Source: Candidatus Latescibacterota bacterium
Lineage (GTDB): Bacteria; Krumholzibacteriota; Krumholzibacteriia; WVZY01; JAKEHA01
Length of the DNA: 64,000 nt
Assembly: GCA_963707635.1 (NCBI GenBank)
Contig: OY970173.1
Location: forward strand, 3,008,001-3,072,000
Direction of reading: 5' to 3'
How positions within the stretch are numbered: the stretch's first letter is position 1; every line of letters begins with the position of its first letter. This document shows positions 38,785-48,563 of the stretch, piece after piece. The position numbers were made by a program, and so were the translations under genes. Under the pieces are notes generated by a model. The model saw nothing but the letters and a program-made list of their open reading frames with translations. It did no database searches and had not been told where the DNA came from.

Positions 38785-38918
38785 TGTTGGGAGCACCATG
38801 GGGCGGTGTGCACTCCCTCCGCCGCCGTCCTCCCGCGCACAATTGTTGGAATGCGCGACTGCGGATTGGCGTCCGAGGGAGTGCGCACGGCCCCGCCTGC
38901 AGATGGCCGACGCCAGCG

Positions 38919-39611
38919 CTACTCGAGGGAGGCCTTGAGCGCCGCGCGCGCGAGCAGGCGGGTCGAGTCCAAAACTGGAAGCGGTGAGTTCTCTTCGGTA
39001 ATGATGAGCGGCACTTCCGTGCAGCCCAGCACCACCGCGTCGCAGCCCTGGCCCCGCATCTCGCTGATGAGTCCGGTGAAATAGGCGCGGGACTCCGCGG
39101 TGAACTGCGCCGCCACCAGCTCGTCGAAGATGATCCGGTTGATTAGCTTGCGGTCCTTCTCGCCCGGAAGCACGAGCTCGACGCCGAACTCGTCGAGCTT
39201 CTCTTTGTAGAACGTGCCCTCCACCGTGTAAGCCGTCCCGATCAGGCCCACACGCTTGAAGTGACGGTGCCCCGCTTCGCGCGCGACCTCTCCTGCGATG
39301 TGCAGCCAGGGCAGCTTCGCCTGCTTCGCCACCTGGTCGAACACGCGGTGGATGGTGTTGTCCGGGCAGATGACGAGCTCCGCCCCGGCCTTGGCCAGCT
39401 TGGCTTCGGAAGAGAGCATCAGCGCCGCCACCCCGTCCCATCTCCCCGCCTCGATCAGGCGAACGTAGTCGCTGAAAGGGTGCGTGTGCATGCTCACCTC
39501 GGGGTGCGCGTGCTTCTTCCCCATCAGCTCCGGGGCCTCGGTGCACACGGTGGTGTAGCAAAGCGCGGCGCCCTCCGCGCTGCACGCCACGATCCCGATG
39601 TGCCTGGCCAC
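38919..39611 (-). CDS. Aspartate/glutamate racemase family protein
   Basis: HIGIVACSAEGA, ICPDNTIH, LGCTE.P, LDSTR. Confidence 0.88.
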   Translation of the reverse strand: MARHIGIVACSAEGAALCYTTVCTEAPELMGKKHAHPEVSMHTHPFSDYVRLIEAGRWDGVAALMLSSEAKLAKAGAELVICPDNTIHRVFDQVAKQAKLPWLHIAGEVAREAGHRHFKRVGLIGTAYTVEGTFYKEKLDEFGVELVLPGEKDRKLINRIIFDELVAAQFTAESRAYFTGLISEMRGQGCDAVVLGCTEVPLIITEENSPLPVLDSTRLLARAALKASLE

Positions 39612-39625
39612 GCGCGAATCCGCCT

Positions 39626-40318
39626 CTAGTGAGACTCGCAGACGCCGCTGCAATACTGCTGGTAGACGCCGTCCAGGAAATGCCACAGCGCGCGGGCGGC
39701 CTCGTCGGCTGCCGCGACGGCGCGGTCCTGTTCCGCTTCCGAGCGGCAGTGCTCGGCCAGCAGGTCGCGCTCGACCTGGCTGTGGACGATGTCAGCGTCC
39801 TCGTGCACCGTGAAGAACTCCACCGAGCGGGCGTCGTCGAGCGCGTAGAACCGCGCGAGCCCCTCGCGCTTGGTGCGCGCCACCATCGGGACCTGCGACT
39901 CGTAGGCGTACAGGGCGGCGAGGCCGTCGCGAAAGTCCTCGCTGCGCGTCAGACGCACCATGGTCGCCACCGACTCCCCGGTTTGCGGGAGCAGCTCGGC
40001 GTTGCGCACGGCATCGCGCGCCACGCCGAGGCCGTCGGCAAATCGCATCCACAGCTCGGGATGGTTGTTCTCGCCGGCGTCCTCGTCGGTCAGGTTCTCG
40101 AGCAGGAGCTGCCGCACGCGGATATCGTCGCACGCGGCGTGCGCCGCGCTGACGTAGCGCGGGAAATAGCGGACGTGCGCGTAATACTGCTTCGCGTACT
40201 CGCACAGCGTCTCTCTCGACAGCGCGCCCGCGTTCCACTGCTGGTAGAAGGGATGCGAAAGGAGCGCATGGCGGGCGATCGTCTCGTCGAGCCGCTTCAG
40301 GAAATCGGCACCGTGCAC
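39626..40318 (-). CDS. CADD-family (heme-oxygenase-like dimetal oxidase, PqqC/TenA fold) protein
   Basis: HPFYQQW, YAKQYY, LLENLTDE....NHPELW, YAYESQ, HEDADIVH. GGAGG RBS before the GTG start. Confidence 0.88.
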   Translation of the reverse strand: MHGADFLKRLDETIARHALLSHPFYQQWNAGALSRETLCEYAKQYYAHVRYFPRYVSAAHAACDDIRVRQLLLENLTDEDAGENNHPELWMRFADGLGVARDAVRNAELLPQTGESVATMVRLTRSEDFRDGLAALYAYESQVPMVARTKREGLARFYALDDARSVEFFTVHEDADIVHSQVERDLLAEHCRSEAEQDRAVAAADEAARALWHFLDGVYQQYCSGVCESH

Positions 40319-40394
40319 CTTGGGGACCTCCGTGTCCTGGCAATTGGTGAGTCTCACCCGCCGGGCGGCGGGCAAATGGTCGTTCGAACCACCT

Positions 40395-40423
40395 ACTCTA
40401 CCCGCGCGCGAACGAGAATTCAA
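40395..40423 (-). promoter_or_regulatory. Putative sigma-70 promoter of the CADD-racemase pair
   Basis: Minus strand TTGAAT-N17-TAGAGT. Confidence 0.5.
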
Positions 40424-40575
40424 CCTCGATCCGGCAGGAGCGGGTGGCGCCGAAGCGGGGCCCGCGCGAGGCAGGGTGGCGAGGCGACAGGACCCGCGTG
40501 CTTAGGGAAATGGTTTGACACTCCTGCGCAACCACAAAATACTGCCCTCCGGCACTGTCCGAGGCGTGCCGGACC

Positions 40576-42373
40576 ATGAACCCGCCATTTCACGACACCA
40601 TTCCCCGCCAGTTCCTGGCCTGCGTCCAGGGCTTCAACAAGCCGGACGCGTTCCGCCTCAAGCGGGACGGGCGCTACGTCGACGTGGCGCACGCGTGGAT
40701 GCTGGAACAGGTGCACGCCGTCGCGTGCGCGATCGGCGCGCTCGGCCTCGCCCGCGGGGACCGGGTCGCACTCCTGTCCGAGAATCGCATCGAGTGGGCG
40801 GTGGCCGACCTCGCCCTGCTCTCGGCGGGCTTCGTCAATGTTCCGGTCTACGCGACGCTCCCGCCGTCGCAGGTCGAGTACATCCTTCGGGATTCCGGCG
40901 CGCGAGCGCTCTTCGTGTCCTCGCGCGCCCAGCTCGCCAAGATCGGCGAGATCCGCGCGCGACTCCCCCGCCTGGAGCACGTGGTCGCATTCGACGCCGA
41001 CGCCGCCGGCGACGGCGTGATCGCGTTCGGCACCATGGTCGAAAGCGGGCGCGGGCTGGCAGCGCAATCCGACTACGCAGCCATGGTGGGAGAGATCCGC
41101 GCCGGCGACTGGGCGAGCGTCATCTACACCTCGGGCACCACCGGCGAGCCCAAGGGCGCGATTCTGACCCACGCCAACTTCATGGCCAACGTTCGGCAGT
41201 GCCTGGAGGTGTTCGAAATCGGCACGGCCGACACGTGCCTTTCGTTCCTGCCGTTGAGCCACGTCTTCGAGCGCACGGCGGGCTTCTACGTGATGATGAC
41301 CGCCGGCGTGACCATCGCGTATGCAGAGTCGATCGAGGCGGTGCCGCAAAACCTCGCCGAGGTGCGTCCCACGGTCGTGTGCTCGGTGCCGCGGGTCTAT
41401 GAAAAAATGTACGCGCGCATTCTCGACACGGTGGAACGCGGGCCGGCTCTCAAGAAGCGGTTGTTCCACTGGGCCGTGCACGCGGGACGGCAGTGGGTGG
41501 GCGAACACCTGCGCGGCCGCGTCGGCCCGGTCACCGCGGCACGCCGGCGCGTCGCCAACGCGCTGGTGCTCAAGAAGCTGCAGGCACGCGTCGGCGGCCG
41601 CCTGCGCTTCTTTGTCTCCGGGAGCGCCCCGCTCGCGCGCGACATCATCGAGTTCTTCTATGCGGCCGGCATCCCCATTCTCGAGGGCTACGGCCTCACC
41701 GAAACCTCGCCCGTGCTGACCGTGAATCACTTCGGCGCGTTCAAGTTCGGGACGGTGGGCCGGCCGCTCCCCGACGTGGAGATCCGGATCGCCCCCGACG
41801 GCGAGATCCTCGCCCGCGGCCCCAACGTCATGCAGGGATATCTCAACAAGCCCGAGCAGACGGCGGAAGCAATCGTCGACGGATGGTTTCACACCGGCGA
41901 CATCGGACACCTAGACGCCGACGGTTTCCTGGTCATCACGGACCGCAAGAAGGACCTGATCGCCACCGCGGGCGGCAAGAAGGTGGCGCCCGCAGCCGAT
42001 CGAAGGGAAGCTCAAGTCCAATCCATTGGTGACGGAAGCGATCCTGGTCGGCAATCGGCGGCCGTTTATCGCGCTGCTCCTGATCCCGAACTTCGACCGC
42101 CTCGACGCGTGGGCGCAGGCCGCGGGACTGGCAACCAGCGACCGCCCCGCGCTCCTGACCGCCCCCGCCGTGCGCGACCTCTACCAGCGCGTGGTCGACG
42201 GCGTGAATCAGGAGCTGGCGCAGTTCGAGCGCATCAAGTCGTTCGCGCTGCTCGGAAACGAGCTCTCCATCCACGACGGCGACCTCACGCCGACGCTAAA
42301 AGTGAGAAGGAAGATCGTGGAGGAGAAGTTCAAGGACGCGATCGACGCGATGTATCGCGCCCCCGCGCCGTAG
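40576..42373 (+). CDS. Long-chain fatty acid-CoA ligase, interrupted by one extra base near 41990
   Basis: YTSGTTGEPKG, LPLSH, EGYGLTE, FHTGD, ITDRKK. Removing one C at 41989-41991 restores KKVAPQPIEGKLK and joins the 42026..42373 ORF (LTPTLKVRR). Confidence 0.9.
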
Positions 42374-42386
42374 CACCGGCGCGCCG

Positions 42387-44007
42387 CTAGAAGCGCCAGC
42401 TGAGGCTGGTGTAGACCTGGTCGTAGCCCTCGTTGCGCTCCCCGGAAATATTCCCGTACATTCCCTGCCCGAGGTCGACGTCCACGTCGGCCCCGAACCA
42501 GGACGTGCGGCTTGTCCGACGCCGCCGACAGCTTCGACTCCTCGTGTCGCGTCCCGCCGAACAGGTCGAACATCCAGCGCGCCCCGAGCGCGAATCCGCC
42601 CGAAACCGAATGCATCCAGCCCAGCGTGCTCTGGTTGTCGTAGCGAGTCGACCGGGCCCGCAGCTGCACATGCGCCGGGGTCAAATGGATCGCCGAGGCC
42701 GTCAGGGTGTAGGAGGTGGCGTCGCCGGCGGAGCCGCCGCTGCTCGATCGCGCCGTCGCTCCCAGCCGATAGCGCTGCGCGAAGCCCACTCCGACGCCTC
42801 CCCAGACCCCCTGCCGGTAGGAATCGTCGAACTCGGTCTCCGGGCTCACGTAGTCACGATACAGGCGCGCGTCGCGGCGGTGGTCGTAGCCACCGTCGAG
42901 GTCGACGCCGTGCGCCAGCCGATAGCGCGCCGAGAGAAACGCGTTGGTCAGCGACGCGGCGGACTCGCCTTCGTTTCGCTTCCACCCGCGGTTGATGTCG
43001 ACTTCCTGCTGGAACATCACCGAGAGCCGGGGTGTTGCCACCCGGCTCAAGAACGCCACGTACTCGCGGTTGATCTTGCCCTGTTCGTACGAGCCGATCG
43101 CGGCCGTCACCAACTCCCAGCGGGTGTGTGCCTGGGGCGCCGACCACCACCTCACGAACGCGCCGTACTCGGTGATGTCGGTCGAGAAACTGTAGTCGAG
43201 TGGTGCGGGCTGCGTGCCGCCGAAGACCCCGACGCCGAAACGACGCGCGGTTGCTTCGAACTGGCCGCCGTCGAAGGTGCTGATGCTCGCGAGCGCGGAC
43301 GAGAACTGTCGCCCGAGCGTCATGCGATAGCGGTCGCGCGGCGAGCGCGCGGTCGCATTCAGCCGATAGACGCGCGCCTCGCCGCTGTCGACCTCGCGCC
43401 CGTCGCTCACCGTCTGCAAAGTCCGGCGCGCGCGCACGTCGACCTGGAGGTCGAGCGCAGACCCTCCGACCCGCGTGCCGTCGAGGCGCACGTCGAGCGA
43501 CGGCTGCGTGACGTCGCCGCCGAAGCCGCTGCGGTCCATGACCCCGAGGTAGCGCACCCCGATTCGCCCCCGCAACCCCATGCGCCGCGGCCACGACTCC
43601 GTCGCCTCGGGCGGGGGCGCTTCGGCGGGCATCGTGGACATCACCGCCGCGCGAGCGGTGTCCGCGGCCGCCGCGGAGCGTGGCGCCGCGGTGAATCGAA
43701 CCGTGTCTCCCACCACGCACGCCGCGGTCGAGGTTTCGATCGCGCACGCCGCCCGCCGCGTGGAGACGTCCGACACGCGCAGCGTCGCGATGACCTGACC
43801 CCCGCGCACCACCTCGATGAGCGCTCCCACGTCGAGGCCGTCCTCGCGGCCGGCGTCGATGTAGATGGTCGAACTGGTGAGATAGGTGACGCGGTAGGCG
43901 CGCGCGGCGGGCGGCGCGGCGGACGCCGGGGCAGCGATCATCGCCGCCACGATCCCGGCCCACGCCAGGGCCGTAAGCATCTTCATGTGCCGGCGCGCCA
44001 TTGTCAT
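42387..44007 (-). CDS. Outer-membrane beta-barrel protein associated with multiheme cytochromes, interrupted by one extra base near 42510
   Basis: Signal peptide, small N-terminal beta domain (IYIDAGREDGL..G), many amphipathic strands. After the frameshift it ends YDQVYTSLSWRF (C-terminal Phe beta-signal). Confidence 0.75.
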
Positions 44008-44009
44008 CG

Positions 44010-45311
44010 TCAATTGCCCCGGGGATGACAGTTGTAACAAGCCGACGACAGGTACGCGTAGCCGTTTTCGTTCCGATGGTGGCCGTCGGTCTCGGCCTGG
44101 TCGTCGTGCGGGTGGCACCCGAAGCACGAGAAGTCGGCGTAGCTCGCCGCGTTGGTGTGACAGGTGCTGCACGCGTTCCAGTTGCTGTGCCTCCCGCTCG
44201 CGATCGGGAAGAACGTCGAGTGGTCGAAGGTGGCGCCGCTCCACCGGGTCGTGTTGTGACACGCAAGGCAATCGGTGGTGAAGTTCGCCGCCGCGTGGTT
44301 CGGGTCGCTCGTCCCGTCGTAGTCGTTCTGGTGGCACGACACACACGCCCCCGAGAGTCCGGTGTAGGTGCCGCCGACGTGGCAGTCGGCGCACGGGAGC
44401 GGGACGTGGGCGCCGGTGAGGGCGAACCCCGTCGTCGCGTGATCGAAATGCGCGTCTCCCCACCGCGAGGTGTTGTGACACTGCTCACAGGTCGTCGGGA
44501 AGCCGGAGGCCGCATGGGTCGGGTCGCTAGTCCCGTCGTAGTCGCTCTGGTGGCACGACACGCACGCGCTCGAGAGCCCGGTGTAGGTGCCGCCGACGTG
44601 GCAGTCGGCGCACGGCAGCGTCGCGTGCGCTCCCGTCAGCGGGAACGCGGTGAGCGCGTGGTCGAAATGGGCGTGCGACCACGCCAGCTGGTCGTGGCAC
44701 AGCTGGCAGTCCTGGCTGAATCCGCCCGCCTCGTGGTCGGGCTGGACCGTCGCCTGGTAGTCGTCCATGTGGCACGACACGCACTCGGACGCCGTGTTGA
44801 CGTAGCTCAAGTCGCCCGGCGACGTGAGCCGGTGGCACATTTCGCAGTCCAGCGTCGTGTGCGCGCCCGCCAGTGGGAATCGGGTCAGGCGATGCAGCCG
44901 GATCTGATCGTTCCGGTCGACGAAACTGCGCGTGCCGTGGCAGCGCGAACAATCCGTGCCCAGCTCGCCGTTGTGAACGTCGGCGTGGCAGTCCACGCAC
45001 GCCGTCGAGACCCCGCCGAAGTCGAGACTCTTGTGACACTGCATGCAATCCACCGACGCGTGCGCCCCACCCAGCGGGAGGAACTTGTCGTGGTCGAACT
45101 TCTTGCTGATCCGGGCCGGCTTCCAGCCCGACGCCCGGTGGCAGAGCGAGCAATCCTCGCGGTAGTCGCCGTGGGGGTTGGCCACCTTCGGCGCCTGGTC
45201 GGCCGCGCGCGCCGCCGCCGGCCCCATCACCACCTGCCCGAGCAGGCTGGGCAGCAGCGCCGCCACGGTCATCGCGATACCGAGGGATATCAGGTCTCTT
45301 CGAGGTTGCAT
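44010..45311 (-). CDS. Exported 16-heme cytochrome c
   Basis: Signal peptide; 16 CXXCH motifs counted; repeated FDH..T.FPLxGAH modules. Confidence 0.92.
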   Translation of the reverse strand: MQPRRDLISLGIAMTVAALLPSLLGQVVMGPAAARAADQAPKVANPHGDYREDCSLCHRASGWKPARISKKFDHDKFLPLGGAHASVDCMQCHKSLDFGGVSTACVDCHADVHNGELGTDCSRCHGTRSFVDRNDQIRLHRLTRFPLAGAHTTLDCEMCHRLTSPGDLSYVNTASECVSCHMDDYQATVQPDHEAGGFSQDCQLCHDQLAWSHAHFDHALTAFPLTGAHATLPCADCHVGGTYTGLSSACVSCHQSDYDGTSDPTHAASGFPTTCEQCHNTSRWGDAHFDHATTGFALTGAHVPLPCADCHVGGTYTGLSGACVSCHQNDYDGTSDPNHAAANFTTDCLACHNTTRWSGATFDHSTFFPIASGRHSNWNACSTCHTNAASYADFSCFGCHPHDDQAETDGHHRNENGYAYLSSACYNCHPRGN

Positions 45312-45357
45312 GGTCGGTCACCTCTCCGGCGCGACGGACTTCCGCCCGTCGCGTCCA

Positions 45358-47133
45358 CTAATTCCTATTCTCCAGCATGCTTCCGTCCGCGTGGCAGCTC
45401 TCGCAGCGCGCCGAGATCGGCCGGTAGAGCGCCATGCGCTTCCCGCCTGCCGCCGTCACGATCGGATGACACTTCACGCACGGAACTCGAACGTGCTTGC
45501 CGTCCAGCTGGAAGCTCTTCACGCGCGCGTGATCGAAACGGCTCGCGGGAACGAACGCATCCATCCCGTGGCAGCTCTCGCACGCACCCTTGTCCTTGCG
45601 CCCGTCGAACTGGATTCCGTGCGGGCTCTCGTGGCAGCCCCGGCACGACCGGTCGTCGATGCGCATGAGCAACTTCACCGACGCCGCGCCTTTCGACGCG
45701 GACGCGCGCGCCGGTTCCGCCATGTCCGGGTGGCACGCGAAGCACGGCACCGCGCGGTGCGCCCCCTCCAGCGGGAAGCGGGTCCCGGCGTGCATGGCCG
45801 CGTCCACGAGCGACGGCCGGAACGCGTCCATCGAGTGACAGGCGCGGCAGTCGTCCTTGCGCGCCCGCTCCCCACCGGGCGCGAAGCGCCCCTCGTGCGG
45901 GTCGCGGTGGCACTCGACGCAGCGCCCGCTCGTGGGGTGCAGCCAGACCCCAGCGGTGCCAAGCGCCGCCGCGACCTGCGCCGGTGTCCCCGCGGGCTTG
46001 CGCCCGTGACAGTCCCGGCACGCGACCCGGGCGTGCGCTCCGTCCAGCGGGTATTTCGTCGCCGCGTGTTGCGCGACCGTGAACGTGGCGGGCTTGAACG
46101 CGTCCACGCGGTGACACGCGGCGCAGTCAGGCGCCTTGCCGGCGACCACCGTCTGCCCGGCGTGCGCGTCCTGGTGGCATCCCGCGCACGTGGTAAACGG
46201 CGGTTTCTTGCCCCATGCGGTCTTCTCGTCGTGGCAGGCCGCGCACTTCACCGTCGCGTGCGCCCCGCGCAGCGGATAGCGCGTGCGGTCGTGGTCGAAG
46301 CGTTCGCCCGCGATCAGCTTGAACCCTCCGGTGACGTGACAGCTGCTGCACGTGACGCCGAACGAGCCCCGGTGGGGATCCGCATGACAGACTCCGCACT
46401 CGTCGTGCGGCAGCGGCTTGTAGAGCGGGATCACGCGTCCCTTCTCGTCCCTGGCGAGCTGGAGGCGCGCCGCCTCGTGGCAGGCCGCGCACGCCACCGT
46501 CGCGTGCTTTCCGGTCAGCGCGAACGCCGTCCTGGCATGGTCGAACCCGCGCGCGGGTTTCCACCCCTGCTCGTCGTGGCAGCGGGTGCAATCGCTTCCC
46601 AGCGAACCGCGGTGGACGTCCTCGTGACACCCGCGGCAGTCCGTGCCCAGGCCCACCCAGGGGATTTCCCGATTCTTATTCTTGACCAGTGACTGCATCT
46701 CTTTGCTCACATGCACCGACGCATGACATTTCCGGCATTCGATGGCGGCGTGTTTGCCGGCAAGCGGCCAGCCCGCGCGCGCGTGATCGAATTTCTCGGG
46801 CGACTTGTCCGGCCAGGCCACCATCGCGAAATCCCGGCCCCCGTGGTCGGGATGGCAGCGCGCGCAATCCTTTCTTCCCTCGCGCCCGTGAAAACCCTTC
46901 TGCTTCGACACCAGCGAGGCGATCTCCTCATGGCACGCCAGGCATTTCCGGTCCATCTCGCCCGCGCCCTTGCCGTGGCACTTGACGCACCCTAGATTTC
47001 CGTCGAGCGCGGCGTGCGCCTTCGCCAGCGGACCCGGCGACACCTGCGCGCGCGCGTTCGTCATGCCGCCGGCCGCTAGCGCGATCGTGATCGTCACCGC
47101 GATCGCCCGCACGCGCGCCGGCGCGCTAGCCAA
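45358..47133 (-). CDS. Exported 20-heme cytochrome c
   Basis: Signal peptide then SPGPL..AH; 20 CXXCH motifs counted; repeated FDH...(F/Y/W)PLxG(K/A)H modules. Confidence 0.92.
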   Translation of the reverse strand: MASAPARVRAIAVTITIALAAGGMTNARAQVSPGPLAKAHAALDGNLGCVKCHGKGAGEMDRKCLACHEEIASLVSKQKGFHGREGRKDCARCHPDHGGRDFAMVAWPDKSPEKFDHARAGWPLAGKHAAIECRKCHASVHVSKEMQSLVKNKNREIPWVGLGTDCRGCHEDVHRGSLGSDCTRCHDEQGWKPARGFDHARTAFALTGKHATVACAACHEAARLQLARDEKGRVIPLYKPLPHDECGVCHADPHRGSFGVTCSSCHVTGGFKLIAGERFDHDRTRYPLRGAHATVKCAACHDEKTAWGKKPPFTTCAGCHQDAHAGQTVVAGKAPDCAACHRVDAFKPATFTVAQHAATKYPLDGAHARVACRDCHGRKPAGTPAQVAAALGTAGVWLHPTSGRCVECHRDPHEGRFAPGGERARKDDCRACHSMDAFRPSLVDAAMHAGTRFPLEGAHRAVPCFACHPDMAEPARASASKGAASVKLLMRIDDRSCRGCHESPHGIQFDGRKDKGACESCHGMDAFVPASRFDHARVKSFQLDGKHVRVPCVKCHPIVTAAGGKRMALYRPISARCESCHADGSMLENRN

Positions 47134-48553
47134 CGGCCGATGCCTCCTGCGGGAGCGGCACGTCCTTCTTCACAATCCGGATGCCGATTCCCTCCAGGAA
47201 CTTGAACGGCGGATCGCCGCCGATGCGCACCACCACCACGTCGTTGGGGAGCACCTCCTCCCGCCCCTCCACGTCCAGCACGACGCTCCCCTCTCGAATC
47301 GACCGCACCTGGCTGTTCAGCGCCACGCGCAGCGTCCCGCACCTAACCGCCTCGTTGAGATTCGTGCGGTTGCGGTCTTTCACGCGCCCGAACTCCGCGC
47401 CCCGATAGCTCAGCGTGACCGTGGTCCCACGCTGCCGCGCGAGGCCGACGGCCGATTCCACCGCGCTGTCACCGCCCCCCACCACCAAGAGACGCATGCC
47501 GGCGAACGATTCCATGTCCGCAACGTCGTAGATCACCTTGCCCAGCTCCTCGCCCTCCACGCCCAGGCGGCGCGGGCTTCCGCGCCGGCCCATGGCCAGC
47601 ACGACGCGCCGGCCGCGGAAGACGCCCTCCGAGGTCTCGACCAGCAGCAGCTGGCCGCGACGTTCGATGTTGGACACGCGGTGCTGGGTCTTCACCTCGA
47701 GCCCGGTCTTCGCGATGATTCGCTCCCACGCCTGCAGGAGATGTTCCTTCGACGAGTCCGACACCCAGAGGTTGCCGTACAGCGGAACCCGCACCGGTTC
47801 CGCGAGCAGGAACTTCGCGCGCGGGTACTTGCGGATGGTGTCTGCGAGAGAGCCCTGCTCGAGCACGAGATAGCGCAGCCCGCAGCGCAACGCCTCGAGG
47901 CCCGCGCTCAACCCGGCCGGGCCGCTGCCCACGATGATCACGTCGTACGCGTCCCGGTCGCCGTCGCCCCGCGGCTCGCCGGGGGGCAGGTCGTGCGCCA
48001 CGTGCTCGATCGCCACCTTGGCCTCGTTGATCGCGTTCTTGATGAGACCGCGTCCGCCGAGCTCGCCGACGATGTACACACCGCGCAGATTGCTCTCGAA
48101 GTCCGAGTCGAGGTCCGGCACTTCGACCCGGTGTACGGCGGAGCCGGTCGCGAGGACGATCCCGCCGACCGGGCACGCTTCGACGCACTTGCCGTGTCCG
48201 GTGCAGAGCGCCGTGTTGACGGTCGCGAGTTTTCCGACCATCTGGATGGCCCCGGTTTCGGGGCAGACTGGAACGCACGCTCCGCACCCGACGCACTGAT
48301 CCGCGCGCACCACCGCGTGCGGCTTGCCGCCGGCGCTGCCGCTGTCCGCGCCCTCGACCACGGTCGGGGCGCTCACGACTTCGTAGAGCTGCATCGGCAC
48401 GTCGCAGCGCGGGCAACGCGCCGCTCCCGGCGGCACGGCCGCATGGCAGCGCGGACAGGCAGTCGCCTTTTCGGTGGTGGTCTGGCTCATGTGACGATAG
48501 ACGAAATAGCCCGTCAGCACGATCAATCCAAGCGTGGTGAGCAGCATCGTCAT
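47126..48553 (-). CDS. Membrane-anchored FAD/NAD(P)H oxidoreductase (TrxB/YpdA-like) with zinc ribbon and 2x[4Fe-4S] domain
   Basis: N-terminal TM helix; CPRC..CPRC; CVGCGACVPVCP and CTGHGKCVEACP; IVGSGPAG; VVGGGDSA. Confidence 0.88.
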   Translation of the reverse strand: MTMLLTTLGLIVLTGYFVYRHMSQTTTEKATACPRCHAAVPPGAARCPRCDVPMQLYEVVSAPTVVEGADSGSAGGKPHAVVRADQCVGCGACVPVCPETGAIQMVGKLATVNTALCTGHGKCVEACPVGGIVLATGSAVHRVEVPDLDSDFESNLRGVYIVGELGGRGLIKNAINEAKVAIEHVAHDLPPGEPRGDGDRDAYDVIIVGSGPAGLSAGLEALRCGLRYLVLEQGSLADTIRKYPRAKFLLAEPVRVPLYGNLWVSDSSKEHLLQAWERIIAKTGLEVKTQHRVSNIERRGQLLLVETSEGVFRGRRVVLAMGRRGSPRRLGVEGEELGKVIYDVADMESFAGMRLLVVGGGDSAVESAVGLARQRGTTVTLSYRGAEFGRVKDRNRTNLNEAVRCGTLRVALNSQVRSIREGSVVLDVEGREEVLPNDVVVVRIGGDPPFKFLEGIGIRIVKKDVPLPQEASAVG

Positions 48554-48563
48554 GACAGCTCCA

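Noticed and set aside
40319..40400. THF or preQ1 riboswitch upstream of the CADD gene
   Set aside because: Only short chance similarities (AGAGTAG, GTGGTTCGAA). The remaining conserved cores and the A-rich tail are missing.
48440..48462. CPRCH in the flavoprotein as a heme c attachment site
   Set aside because: It is half of a CPRC-x10-CPRC zinc ribbon just after the membrane anchor, on the same side as the Fe-S and NAD(P)H domains.
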